Source: an uncultured Actinomycetales bacterium (GTDB taxonomy: Bacteria; Actinomycetota; Actinomycetes; CAXTBU01). Taken from it: a stretch of DNA of 64,000 bases. The stretch lies in assembly GCA_964242885.1 (NCBI GenBank), contig CAXTBU010000001.1, positions 22,454-86,453 on the forward strand, read 5' to 3'. A model generated the notes under the pieces. The model made no database searches. It was not told where the DNA came from and saw only the letters and a program-made list of their open reading frames with translations. Of this stretch, positions 51,098 through 60,274 are shown piece after piece (positions within the stretch are counted from its first letter, which is position 1; each line of letters starts with the position of its first letter). Both the position numbers and the translations under genes were made by a program.

Positions 51098-51967
51098 TCA
51101 TCGCAACTTGACCGCCAGCCGCCATCGCAGCGCCTGGGCCAACGCGACAGCGGATCTGGGCCGCTGGAGGAGTCCCCGCATCCCGGTGCGCAGGGCGACG
51201 ACGGCGCTGCGACGGTCCGGGGCCTGCCGCAGCACGTCCCAGGCGGCGACGGCGGCGATGTCCGCCACCAGTTCCTCGTCGAACCACTGTGAGCCCTCGA
51301 ACATGCGGACCACCGCGCTGCGACCGTCCCGCATCAGCTCGGCGTCCCCGGACACCTGACCGCCGTGTTCCAGGTAGGTACAGGTGACCTCCGGGACGAC
51401 CAGCCCGGTGCCCCGCTGGAGGAGCCGGACCCAGAACTCCAGGTCCGCTCCCCGTTCGAGGTCGGCGAAGCCGCCGGCGGCCAGTGCGGCAGCGCGGTCG
51501 ACGACCACCCCGCTGGGCAACACTGGGCTGTCCGGCCAGATGACCGCCCGCGGGGTGAGCTCGAACGGTCGGCGCCCCGGGTAGCCGACGAGCTTGCCGC
51601 TCGGCACCGCACGTCCGACGGACCCGACGAGGACACGTCCGGGCAGGTGCGGAACCACCGTCGCGAGGTGGTGCGGCAGCCAGGTGTCGTCCGAGTCGAG
51701 AAACGCGACAGCAGCCGTCGAGGACTCCCGCAGCCCCGTGTTGCGCGCCGCCCCCTCCCCCGCGTTCAGCTGTCGGATGACTCGAGCGCCCAGTCGCTCA
51801 GCCAGCTCACCGGTCCCGTCGGTGGAGCCGTCGTCGACGACGACCACCTCCGCTGCACAGACAGGGGACTGGTTGAGCGCCGACAGCACAGCCCGTCCCA
51901 CCAGGTCGACCCGCTGGTAGGCCGGGATCACCGCGGTGACATCGGCGACGGTCACTGCTGCGCTCAC
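51098..51967 (-). CDS. Glycosyltransferase family 2 (module A)
   Basis: VTAVIPAYQRVDLVGRAVLSALNQSPVCAAEVVVVDDGSTDGTGELAERLGARVIRQLNAGEGAARNTGL...FLDSDDTWLPHHL; GTG start overlapping LbH stop. Confidence 0.8.
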   Translation of the reverse strand: MSAAVTVADVTAVIPAYQRVDLVGRAVLSALNQSPVCAAEVVVVDDGSTDGTGELAERLGARVIRQLNAGEGAARNTGLRESSTAAVAFLDSDDTWLPHHLATVVPHLPGRVLVGSVGRAVPSGKLVGYPGRRPFELTPRAVIWPDSPVLPSGVVVDRAAALAAGGFADLERGADLEFWVRLLQRGTGLVVPEVTCTYLEHGGQVSGDAELMRDGRSAVVRMFEGSQWFDEELVADIAAVAAWDVLRQAPDRRSAVVALRTGMRGLLQRPRSAVALAQALRWRLAVKLR

Positions 51968-52590
51968 CGTGCGTCCTGGACGCCGCTGTCCCGCTTCACG
52001 GAGCGCCGATCGGCGGTGCGGACGACTCGGGCCGGGACGCCCACTGCCAGGGCGCCCGGCGGCACGTCGCCGCGCACGACTGCCCCGGCGGCGACGACGG
52101 CCCCGTCCCCGATCGACACGCCCCGCAGCACGACAGCGTTGGCACCGAGCCAGACGTCGTCGCCGATGCGCACCGGGCTGACCCGGTAACCGTCGCCCGC
52201 GCCCGCCAGGTGGTCCTCGTCGTGGATCGAGACCCGCTCGCCGAACCGACAGCGGTCCCCGATCACCAGGCCCGCCAAGACCGCGATGGTGCAGTCGCGG
52301 TTCACGTAGACGTCGTCGCCGATCGTCAGCGGGCCGTCGACGAACGCGCTGAACCCGTCGGCCAGGACGAGCCCTCGGCCGCGCGTGAACGATCCCCTCG
52401 TTCCGAACCGGATACGCGACCCGCGCCCGAGTGCGATCGGCGGTCCGGCCAACTGCGGGGTCAACGCCACGGCTGCCAGGAACCGCAGACGACCCAGGAC
52501 CCGGTCCAGATCCGCCGCCCGGCCCGCGGGTACCGGGCCTTCACGGACAGGTGGCGACGACGCCGCACCCGTTTCGCCTGTGCGGGGCAT
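51964..52590 (-). CDS. Sugar O-acetyltransferase, left-handed beta-helix (hexapeptide repeat) family (module A)
   Basis: IGDDVYVNRDCTIAVLAGLVIGDRCRFGERVSIHD...IGDDVWLGANAVVLRGVSIGDGAVVAAGAVV (hexapeptide repeats). Confidence 0.75.
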   Translation of the reverse strand: MPRTGETGAASSPPVREGPVPAGRAADLDRVLGRLRFLAAVALTPQLAGPPIALGRGSRIRFGTRGSFTRGRGLVLADGFSAFVDGPLTIGDDVYVNRDCTIAVLAGLVIGDRCRFGERVSIHDEDHLAGAGDGYRVSPVRIGDDVWLGANAVVLRGVSIGDGAVVAAGAVVRGDVPPGALAVGVPARVVRTADRRSVKRDSGVQDAR

Positions 52591-52902
52591 GCGGCGGTTC
52601 CTCCCTGGACGCTTGGCCGGCGGTCGACCGCCGTGAGATCGAGCGCCGTCAGATCGAACGCCGGCTCTGGTGGACCCGCCCCGACTGCCAGCCGGCGCGA
52701 GGACTCGGACAGTACCCGACCACGTACTCCTCGCGGTTGATGCAGCACGGCCGCCGGGGACGCCCGATCCGGGCGGTCACCTGTCAGCACGGCCGCCGCC
52801 CGCGACCGCCGTACCCTCGAGCCGGTCCCGCGGCGCCGCGGCCGTCACCTGACCACCGCCCGCGCCGGCAGTCGTTGCTGCCGCCACGACCCGGGAGTCA
52901 CC

Positions 52903-54105
52903 ATGACCACCGATCGCCGCCCAGCAACGCGTCGCCTGCTCGCAACAACCGTCGTGGCAGGCGTTGCCCTCGCGCTGGGTGCCTGCTCCGACGCGGGCAC
53001 CGCCCCGTCCAGCTCGACTGCCGCGTCGCCTCCCGCCACGACGCCCGCTGCACGGGCGACCCGGACCCCGCCCAAGCTCCCCAGCGACCTCGAGCGGGGC
53101 GCGGGCGGTCGGGTCGGAGTCGAGGCGATGACCCTGGCCGCCGGCCCGCTGGCACCGGCCGGATCGTTCTGGCGGCAGCAGGTCGGCGCTGCGCCGATCG
53201 CCGACGACAGCGCCGAACAAGTCGCCGACCTGAGCAAGCAGGTCGCCGACCACTGGGGCGGGATCGCCGCGTTCAACGCCTGGGACTACAACACGACCGT
53301 GGTCACGGTGCCGGCCGACCAGCCGCGCGTGGACGTGGTCTGGGACGACTGCCAGCACAAGGGGTACACACCCGGCGGGCTGTACGGCAAGAACGGCCAG
53401 TTCGTCGACGTGCCGATCCCGGACAACGTGCGCACCGCAGGCGGAACCGACAAGGAGATCACCGTCTGGTCGCCTTCGACCGACCAGCTCTGGGAGTTCT
53501 GGATCGCCAACAAGAAGGACGACGGCTGGCACGCGTGCTGGGGAGGCCGGATGGACGAGGTGTCGACCGGCCGCGGCTATTTCCGCCACAGCTTCGGTGC
53601 GACCGCGACCGGCCTGCCCAACGCGTTCGGCATGGTCAGCTTCGCCGACGTCCGCGGCGGCAGCATCGACCACGCACTGTCTCTCCAGGTCATCGGGGCG
53701 GCGGACTGGTGGAAGATCTCGTGGCCCGCGCAGCGCGGTGACGGGGACGGCACAGGGCGGATCGAAGAGGGCACCAGGTTCCGACTCGACCCCTCCGTCG
53801 ACGTCGCCCAGCTCGACATCCACCCCCTGGCGGAGCTGATCGCCCGGGCCGCGCAGCGTTACGGGTTCGTCGTCACCGACCGGTCCGGAGCCGTGGCGGT
53901 GCTCGGCGAGGGCGGGAACTCGCTGTCGGCCAACGGTGTCGGGAACCCCTGGGAGGACCTGCTCGGCGACACCAAGAACTACGACGTGCTCAGGAACTTC
54001 CCGTGGGACCGGCTGCAGGCGCTCCCGCACGACTTCGGCAAGCCGGCAGCCCCCGCGTCGCCCTCGTCCTCGGCTTCGCCGGCAGCCTCTCAGACGGCGG
54101 ACTGA
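52903..54105 (+). CDS. Secreted lipoprotein of unknown function with Pro/Ser/Thr/Ala-rich linkers
   Basis: Signal peptide + lipobox (VVAGVALALGAC), linker SSSTAASPPATTPAARATRTPP, C-terminal tail KPAAPASPSSSASPAASQTAD. Globular domain with no motif I recognise. Confidence 0.6.
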   Translation: MTTDRRPATRRLLATTVVAGVALALGACSDAGTAPSSSTAASPPATTPAARATRTPPKLPSDLERGAGGRVGVEAMTLAAGPLAPAGSFWRQQVGAAPIADDSAEQVADLSKQVADHWGGIAAFNAWDYNTTVVTVPADQPRVDVVWDDCQHKGYTPGGLYGKNGQFVDVPIPDNVRTAGGTDKEITVWSPSTDQLWEFWIANKKDDGWHACWGGRMDEVSTGRGYFRHSFGATATGLPNAFGMVSFADVRGGSIDHALSLQVIGAADWWKISWPAQRGDGDGTGRIEEGTRFRLDPSVDVAQLDIHPLAELIARAAQRYGFVVTDRSGAVAVLGEGGNSLSANGVGNPWEDLLGDTKNYDVLRNFPWDRLQALPHDFGKPAAPASPSSSASPAASQTAD

Positions 54106-54178
54106 GTTCCGGGGCCCGTCACTCGCTGGTCAATCGTGCTTCCCTGCAGTGACTACTGGGCCGGACGAGGGAGTGCAC

Positions 54179-56239
54179 GTGACGATGTCCCAACGCATGC
54201 GAGGGTTGGCGGCCGCGACGGCCGTCACGACCCTGGCGCTGGCTGGCTCGGTGGGAGACCCAGCGGGCGCTGCCCCGTCCGCGTCCGTTGGACCTCGCTC
54301 CTCGACCCGGTTCGTCTACTCGATCAACCCGACCCTCCCCGTGCCGGACGCGGGGGCGGTGGCTGTCGACAGCACGACGGGCACCGCCTACGTGAGCTCC
54401 ACAGCCGCCGGGCTGCCAGCCGCAGCAGTCGTCGACCTCGCGCAGCGCAGGGTCGTCACGACGATCGCCGGGGCCGCCGGGCTGAGCATCGTCGTGGACC
54501 CCGCACGCCAACGCCTGCTCGCCACCACCAACTCGGGTTTCTCGGTCTACTCGACCACCACGCGGCGCCGGGTGTTGACGGGCCCACGCGTGCCCGGCAA
54601 CCAGGACCTGCGGGGCCAGGCCGCACTCGATGCGGTGACCGGGACGGGGTACCTCACCGTGACGACCATCCCGAACCCGGACTTCACCGGCGTGACGCCG
54701 ATCGACGCGCGGACCGGCTCCAGCGACTTCACCGGGTTCGGGGCCCGGGGTTGTGGCGGGGGCCTCGGCATCGATGCGGTCCGGCGCCACGCCTTCCTGG
54801 CCACCGACCTGGCGCTCACCCGCTTCGACCTCGGCGGAGAAGGCGCCGGGGACCGACCGTCGGTCACGCTCGGAACCCCCGGCGATCGATTCCCCTGCGT
54901 GGACACCGAAGTCCCGCTGGTCGTCGATCCTGCGACCGGGGTCGTCTGGTTGTCCGGCGGCGGGCGACTGTTCGCTGTCGACGGCTCGACGATGCGGGTG
55001 CTCACGACGCTCGATGTCGAAGCGGATCAGCTGGCGGTCGACGTGAGCAACCACAGCGTCTATGCGCTGCGCGGCGCCACGCTGACGGTGGTCGACGCGG
55101 CCACCGGGAAGGTCGACACCCGCTTGACGCTCCCCCGTCCGGCCGTCCACGTGGCCGTTGATCCGGTTCGCCACGAAGCCGTGGTGAGCGACCCGGTCGG
55201 CGTCACCACCGTCGACCAGCGCGCTCCCGCCACAGCGGTCTCCGGGGGCGGGCAGGTCGCCCACCCCGGCGACCGGTTCCTCGCGCCACTGAGCGTGTCG
55301 GCGACCCGTGCCGACGGTGGACCCGCCGCCGGCGTACCCGTTCAGTTCCAGGTGGTCGGCGGTCCGGCGACCTTCGAGGGCGGCTCGCCGGTGACGAACG
55401 TCGCCACCGGCGCCGACGGCCGGGCGTCGTCGCGCCCACTCCTCGCCGGGGCGACGTCGGGCGCCGTGACCGTGCGGGCGGTGGTGACCGGTGCCCCGGC
55501 CGTCTCGTTCAGCTTGGCGGTGACTCCTCGGCCGGCGCCGCCACCGGCCTATGCGGACACGACAACGGGGGCCACCGGCCAGCTCCAGGTGCCCGGACCG
55601 GACCCCTACGCCTACGGCTCCCTGACCGGCTCGGTCCGCACCTCGTCGGGTCAGCCGGTCGCCTACCGCCGCCTCGTCGTGGACGTGGTCGAGCACGCGA
55701 CCTTCGACTCACGCGATCCGGTACGTCCCGACCAGGTCTTCACCGACGCGGCGGGGTCCTTCACCACCCCGCGCGTCGTCGCACCCGGGAACTTCGGACC
55801 GGTCCTGGTGACAGTTGGAGGCGATTCCGTCCAGGCGGCCGGGTGGCTGCTCGCCAACCCGGACCCCGACCGTCTGGCAACGGACCTGGCGGTGAACGTG
55901 GCTGGTCCTTCCTCACTCGCGCTCGGACGGTCCGGTTCGGTGACCGTGACGATCACCAACCGCGGGACGGTTCCCCTCGCCACGGGGGACGTCCTCGCTG
56001 GCATCTCGGCCACGCCCGGCCTGCGGTTCGGCACCGGTCCGGCGGACGCCCTGTTCGCACGCGGGCAGGTGGTCGTGGTCGACCCGGGCGCTCTGCCGGC
56101 CGGCGGACGTCGCTCGTTCTCGGTGCCCGTCGTGGCGAGCGCGCGGGGGAACGCTCGCCTGACGGCGGGTGTGGTCGCCGGCGTCCGCGACTCCCGGGCG
56201 GCCGACAACGCGGCGGCCGCTGCCGTGTCGGTGCGCTGA
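54179..56239 (+). CDS. Secreted YVTN-family beta-propeller repeat protein with C-terminal DUF11/Ig-like conserved repeat domain
   Basis: Signal peptide MSQRMRGLAAATAVTTLALAGSVGDPAGA; repeated ...VAVD/VVVD/AVDGST... blades (YVTN-like); C-terminal LAVNVAGPSSLALGRSGSVTVTITNRGTVP (DUF11-type). GGGAG RBS before GTG 54179 / ATG 54185. The upstream part of the track ORF is rejected. Confidence 0.6.
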   Translation: MTMSQRMRGLAAATAVTTLALAGSVGDPAGAAPSASVGPRSSTRFVYSINPTLPVPDAGAVAVDSTTGTAYVSSTAAGLPAAAVVDLAQRRVVTTIAGAAGLSIVVDPARQRLLATTNSGFSVYSTTTRRRVLTGPRVPGNQDLRGQAALDAVTGTGYLTVTTIPNPDFTGVTPIDARTGSSDFTGFGARGCGGGLGIDAVRRHAFLATDLALTRFDLGGEGAGDRPSVTLGTPGDRFPCVDTEVPLVVDPATGVVWLSGGGRLFAVDGSTMRVLTTLDVEADQLAVDVSNHSVYALRGATLTVVDAATGKVDTRLTLPRPAVHVAVDPVRHEAVVSDPVGVTTVDQRAPATAVSGGGQVAHPGDRFLAPLSVSATRADGGPAAGVPVQFQVVGGPATFEGGSPVTNVATGADGRASSRPLLAGATSGAVTVRAVVTGAPAVSFSLAVTPRPAPPPAYADTTTGATGQLQVPGPDPYAYGSLTGSVRTSSGQPVAYRRLVVDVVEHATFDSRDPVRPDQVFTDAAGSFTTPRVVAPGNFGPVLVTVGGDSVQAAGWLLANPDPDRLATDLAVNVAGPSSLALGRSGSVTVTITNRGTVPLATGDVLAGISATPGLRFGTGPADALFARGQVVVVDPGALPAGGRRSFSVPVVASARGNARLTAGVVAGVRDSRAADNAAAAAVSVR

Positions 56240-56284
56240 CCCGAGTGGGGAGCGGCGGGCTCGGGCCCCCACTCCCCTCCCGGG

Positions 56285-57304
56285 TCAGGCCTGTCTGTGA
56301 CCGGGTGACCCCAGGCGTTCCGCGGCCGCGGCGGCGTCCAGCCGGTCCAGCACGGCGGGCGCGGACAGTTCGACCTTCCGGACGAACGGCCGCCCGGCGA
56401 CCCGCGCGGTCTCCACGTCGTCCACGGTGACCTCCCGGGGGTGCGGGTCGGAACCGGTGAAGTGCTTCCACGACAGCGAGCGGTCCGCCACGGTCAGGGC
56501 CGGGTCAGAACACACGATCGTCTGGAAGTAGCCCTCGTCCGGGATCAGCGACCGCTCGAAACGCTGCCGAACGGCAGGGTCAGCTGCGTCGGCTGTGAGG
56601 ACGGCTGACGCCGCCGCGCGGTCGAGGGCCATCCACTGCTCGCCGTACCAGGGCGCCCAGGCAGATCGGACCGGCGCGGGGAGTCGGCGACCGACCATCC
56701 ACGGCAGTCCGCGCGGCATCTCGTTGACGGCCCACCCGACCTGCAGGCGGCTCCCCCAGCGATACCAGGCCGCGCGTGCCGCCCGACGCAGGAACGGATG
56801 CGCCCAGCGCTCAGGGTGGGTGCTCGGCAACGCCGTCCAGCGGTAGGTGTAGCGGCGGGTCAACCAGTCCTCGCGCTCCATGGTCCGGGTCTCCCGGCGG
56901 GTCGGATCCAGCGGCCTGGCCGCCACCCACGCGTTCACCCCGCTGGCCACGAGCTCGTCCTCCCACGCGCCGAGGTCCCGGACGGGGTAGTCCTGGCCCG
57001 AGACGAGCACGGTCCACTGCGGGTCGACGTGCTCACGAACCCACTCGAGCGCTTCCAACTGGGCGGCCACCATCGCCCACGAGCCCCACGTGATGGCCGT
57101 CGTGCTCACCAACTCCCGCGTGCGCGACGGGAGGTCGACTCCGTCGAACAATCCTGGGCGATCGTGGCGCAGGACGACCTCCGCCGACGACGAGGACTCC
57201 GTCACCGCGCGTGCCAGTCGCGCGACCAGCTCCGGCTGCCGGTGGCAGAAGACGAGGTAGCAGAACCGGGGACGACTCTGAGCCCGGAACACCGGCGCGC
57301 TCAC
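56285..57304 (-). CDS. Glycosyltransferase family 14 (core-2/I-branching enzyme) (module B)
   Basis: RPRFCYLVFCHRQPELVARLARAV...ITWGSWAMVAAQLEALEWV; GTG start 57302-57304 overlapping GT2 stop (GTGA). Confidence 0.65.
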   Translation of the reverse strand: MSAPVFRAQSRPRFCYLVFCHRQPELVARLARAVTESSSSAEVVLRHDRPGLFDGVDLPSRTRELVSTTAITWGSWAMVAAQLEALEWVREHVDPQWTVLVSGQDYPVRDLGAWEDELVASGVNAWVAARPLDPTRRETRTMEREDWLTRRYTYRWTALPSTHPERWAHPFLRRAARAAWYRWGSRLQVGWAVNEMPRGLPWMVGRRLPAPVRSAWAPWYGEQWMALDRAAASAVLTADAADPAVRQRFERSLIPDEGYFQTIVCSDPALTVADRSLSWKHFTGSDPHPREVTVDDVETARVAGRPFVRKVELSAPAVLDRLDAAAAAERLGSPGHRQA

Positions 57305-58218
57305 CGCAGACGCCCGGCGACCCGCCACCGGATGGTCTCGGCGATGGCGGACATCCCGGCGGGGTTGCGCCGAACCGTCGCGACCAGGCCCCGCACAGCC
57401 GAGCCCCGGGACTCGCGTCCGGACTGGCGGAACTCGTCCCAGGCATCGACGGCGGCCATCTTCGCCGGTAGGTCGGGGTCGAACCAGGCGGCACCGCGAT
57501 GGCGCGCTACCACGTCCCGGCGGTTGATCCTCATCTCCGTCCGGTCGCCGGAGACCTGCCCGGGGTGCTCGGTGTAGACGGAGGTGACGTCCGGGAGGAC
57601 GACCCCCGGCCCGACCTCGAGCAGGCGTAGCCACAGGTCCAGGTCCGCACCGAGCCGCAGCGTCGGGAAGCCGCCCACCGCCAGGGCAGCCTCGCGGTCC
57701 AGCACGACGGCGCCCGGGGTGAACGGACTCTGTGGCCAGATGACCTCCCGTGGGCCGATGCGCTGCACCGACCGCCACGGCGAGCCGACCCGTCGTCCAC
57801 TCGGCACGCCGCGGGCCGTGCTGGCGACGAGAACTGCCCCGGGTGTGTGGGGCATGACGACGTCCAGGTGGTTGGGCAGCCACTCGTCGTCGGAATCCAG
57901 CAGCGCGACCCAGCCGGTCCGGGCGGCGCGCAGGCCGGCGTTGCGGGCCGCTCCCTCCCCGCCGTTGGGCTGGCGGACGACCGTCGCGCCGAGACTCTTT
58001 GCGACGTCACCCGTGCCGTCGGTGGAGCCGTCGTCGACCACGATCACCTCGGCCGGACGTCGTGGCCGCTGGGACAGCGCCGACAGCACTGCCCGCCCGA
58101 TGAAGTCGACCCGCTGGTAGGCCGGGATGACGACGGTCACGTCGCTCAGCTCCCCCGACGCCTGGACCAGGCCCTGGACTCGGGAGTCCTCCTGGTCGCC
58201 GGCCGCGTGGCCGGTCAC
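57301..58218 (-). CDS. Glycosyltransferase family 2 (module B)
   Basis: VTVVIPAYQRVDFIGRAVLSALSQRPRRPAEVIVVDDGSTDGTGDVAKSLGATVVRQPNGGEGAARNAGL...LLDSDDEWLPNHL; GTG start overlapping LbH stop. Confidence 0.8.
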   Translation of the reverse strand: MTGHAAGDQEDSRVQGLVQASGELSDVTVVIPAYQRVDFIGRAVLSALSQRPRRPAEVIVVDDGSTDGTGDVAKSLGATVVRQPNGGEGAARNAGLRAARTGWVALLDSDDEWLPNHLDVVMPHTPGAVLVASTARGVPSGRRVGSPWRSVQRIGPREVIWPQSPFTPGAVVLDREAALAVGGFPTLRLGADLDLWLRLLEVGPGVVLPDVTSVYTEHPGQVSGDRTEMRINRRDVVARHRGAAWFDPDLPAKMAAVDAWDEFRQSGRESRGSAVRGLVATVRRNPAGMSAIAETIRWRVAGRLR

Positions 58219-58802
58219 GACGCGACGGCCGGGTTGTCGGTGACATCCCGGCGGCGCCTGACCAGGCGGGCCGGGTTGCCCGCGACGATCGACCAGGGTT
58301 CGACGCTCGACGTCACCACCGAGGCTGCCCCCACGATGCTGCCTCGGCCGATCGTGCACCCGGGCAGGATGGTCGTTCCCGCGCCGATCCAGACGTCGTC
58401 CTCGATCACGATCGGCCAGTCGTCGCGAAAGCCCTGCGCGTTCATCGGCACGTCGGTCGACCCGAATTCGTGACTGCTGGACAGGAGCACGCACCGCGGT
58501 CCCATCATCACGTCGCGCCCGATCGTGACGGGGCCGATGACCAACGCGTCCAGGCCGATCGCCGACCTGTCGCCGACCGAGACCCCACGGCCGGACCCGA
58601 ACCACGCGCCGTGCTCGATGTTCACGTCGACGCCGCAGGAGTCGAGCATCCGGGAGGCGAGCTGGCCCCGGACGGCCTTCGCCACCCCTCCGCCGGGCCG
58701 TGGCGACCAGGGGAGATGACGAGCGAGGAGAAGGTATGCGCCGGCTGCCACGTCCCGACGTACCGAAGACGCCCGCCCGTTCCCCACCGCCGACCTGGTC
58801 AC
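58215..58802 (-). CDS. Sugar O-acetyltransferase, hexapeptide-repeat (LbH) family (module B)
   Basis: VGDRSAIGLDALVIGPVTIGRDVMMGPRCVLLSSSHEF...IEDDVWIGAGTTILPGCTIGRGSIVGAASVV. Confidence 0.75.
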   Translation of the reverse strand: MTRSAVGNGRASSVRRDVAAGAYLLLARHLPWSPRPGGGVAKAVRGQLASRMLDSCGVDVNIEHGAWFGSGRGVSVGDRSAIGLDALVIGPVTIGRDVMMGPRCVLLSSSHEFGSTDVPMNAQGFRDDWPIVIEDDVWIGAGTTILPGCTIGRGSIVGAASVVTSSVEPWSIVAGNPARLVRRRRDVTDNPAVAS

Positions 58803-60274
58803 CCCGCGGAGTCTGCCGCACCACCGCGCCCGCTCCGTGCATCCCCGGCGACCCGGTGGCCGGGCGGCTCACGTCGCCCGACCGTCGCCGGCGCCAGCAC
58901 CACACCGGCCAGCAACCACAGGAGGAAGTTGGGCAGCGGTGTACCGAACGGGCTCAACATCGCGCCGGCGAGCCAGGCAACCGACGCGCCGAGCAGGACG
59001 ACCCGCCACCCCTGGTGCTCTGCGTCGCGGGTGCGGGTCACCACCCCGCGCAGCGGGCCGAGCGCCAGGGCGGTGACGAACAACAGCAACCCGGGCACAC
59101 CGAGCTCCGCGCCACGGGACAGCAGGACGTTGTGGACCTCGAGATGCGTCGCGGTGATCGGGTAGTCGCGGGCCTGCCGGACGAAGTCGACACCGTGGTC
59201 GACGAACTGCTGCCAGCCGATCCCGGTCAGCGGGCGTTCTTCCATGATGCGCAGCGCGGCGTTGTTCGAGTTCTGGCGGTCCCAGATCGGTCGCTGGTCG
59301 TTCACCCTGGCGTTCACACCGTTGCTCAGGGCCGGCACGAACGTGAGCAGTGCGCCGACAGCGATGGTGAGGCCGACGACGACCGTCGGGAGGTACCTGC
59401 GCAGCCGAGGGACGATCACTCCGACCAGCAGGACACTGGCGGCCGCCCCGACCCACACGGACCTGGTCAGCGTGAGGAGGACTCCGAGCGCACACAGCAG
59501 CACCGCGAGCACGGAGACGTATCGCCACCAGGTGCGGAAGCGGACGGCCGCGAAGCCGGCGGCGAAGCCGACCTGGACCATCACCACGCCGTTGGCGACC
59601 GACTCCAGGAACGGCCCGCGGGCCCGGCCGAAGTGGATCCCGACGGAGCTGTCGGCGATGTACCGGGGAAAGATCAGTGCGCGCGGCCCAGCGAGCTCGA
59701 ACAGGGCGGTCAGGCCGAGGTACAACGCCATCAGGACCGCGAACTTGAGGAAGAGGTCCCGCCGCGCCGGGTTGGACAGCACCAGCGGGGCGAGCACGAA
59801 CAGGACGAACGGGATGACCAACCGGTCCAGGAGCGCGAACGCGCCGACACCACTGGTGAGGCTTCCGGCACGCTGTGCCGAGTCGAGGGCGATCACGACG
59901 AGCGCGAGCATCGCCAGGTGGACGAACCCGACCTTCACCTTCCGCTGCTGCCACGTTCGCCTGTCGAGCACCAGCAGGACGACGAAACCCGCGAAGAACA
60001 GGCGGTCGGGTCCGATCGGGAGTCCGACCAGTCCCGAGTAGCCGGACAGCATGTTCAAGCCGAGGAACGCCAGGAAGAGCCAGACGTAGACCGGGAAACC
60101 GCGAGCGGCCAGAGCCGGCGACGGCCCGCCCCCGGCTGCCGGCAGCTGTCCCGGGCCACCCACCACACCGCCCGTCACCGACTCCCGCACGTCGTCCGAG
60201 CGGCCGGCGCGCCCGACCGGATGGGCCCCCGCCGTCGACCCGACCCGAGCAGCGGCCGAGGCCCCAACGCTCAC
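58799..60274 (-). CDS. O-antigen ligase (Wzy_C) family membrane protein: polymerase, ligase, or O-oligosaccharyltransferase candidate
   Basis: ~10-12 TM helices with a large periplasmic loop (VPRLRRYLPT...RVNDQRPIWDRQNSNNAALRIMEERPLTGIGWQQF...HNVLLSRGAELGVPG) typical of Wzy_C/WaaL family. Confidence 0.65.
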   Translation of the reverse strand: MSVGASAAARVGSTAGAHPVGRAGRSDDVRESVTGGVVGGPGQLPAAGGGPSPALAARGFPVYVWLFLAFLGLNMLSGYSGLVGLPIGPDRLFFAGFVVLLVLDRRTWQQRKVKVGFVHLAMLALVVIALDSAQRAGSLTSGVGAFALLDRLVIPFVLFVLAPLVLSNPARRDLFLKFAVLMALYLGLTALFELAGPRALIFPRYIADSSVGIHFGRARGPFLESVANGVVMVQVGFAAGFAAVRFRTWWRYVSVLAVLLCALGVLLTLTRSVWVGAAASVLLVGVIVPRLRRYLPTVVVGLTIAVGALLTFVPALSNGVNARVNDQRPIWDRQNSNNAALRIMEERPLTGIGWQQFVDHGVDFVRQARDYPITATHLEVHNVLLSRGAELGVPGLLLFVTALALGPLRGVVTRTRDAEHQGWRVVLLGASVAWLAGAMLSPFGTPLPNFLLWLLAGVVLAPATVGRREPPGHRVAGDARSGRGGAADSAG

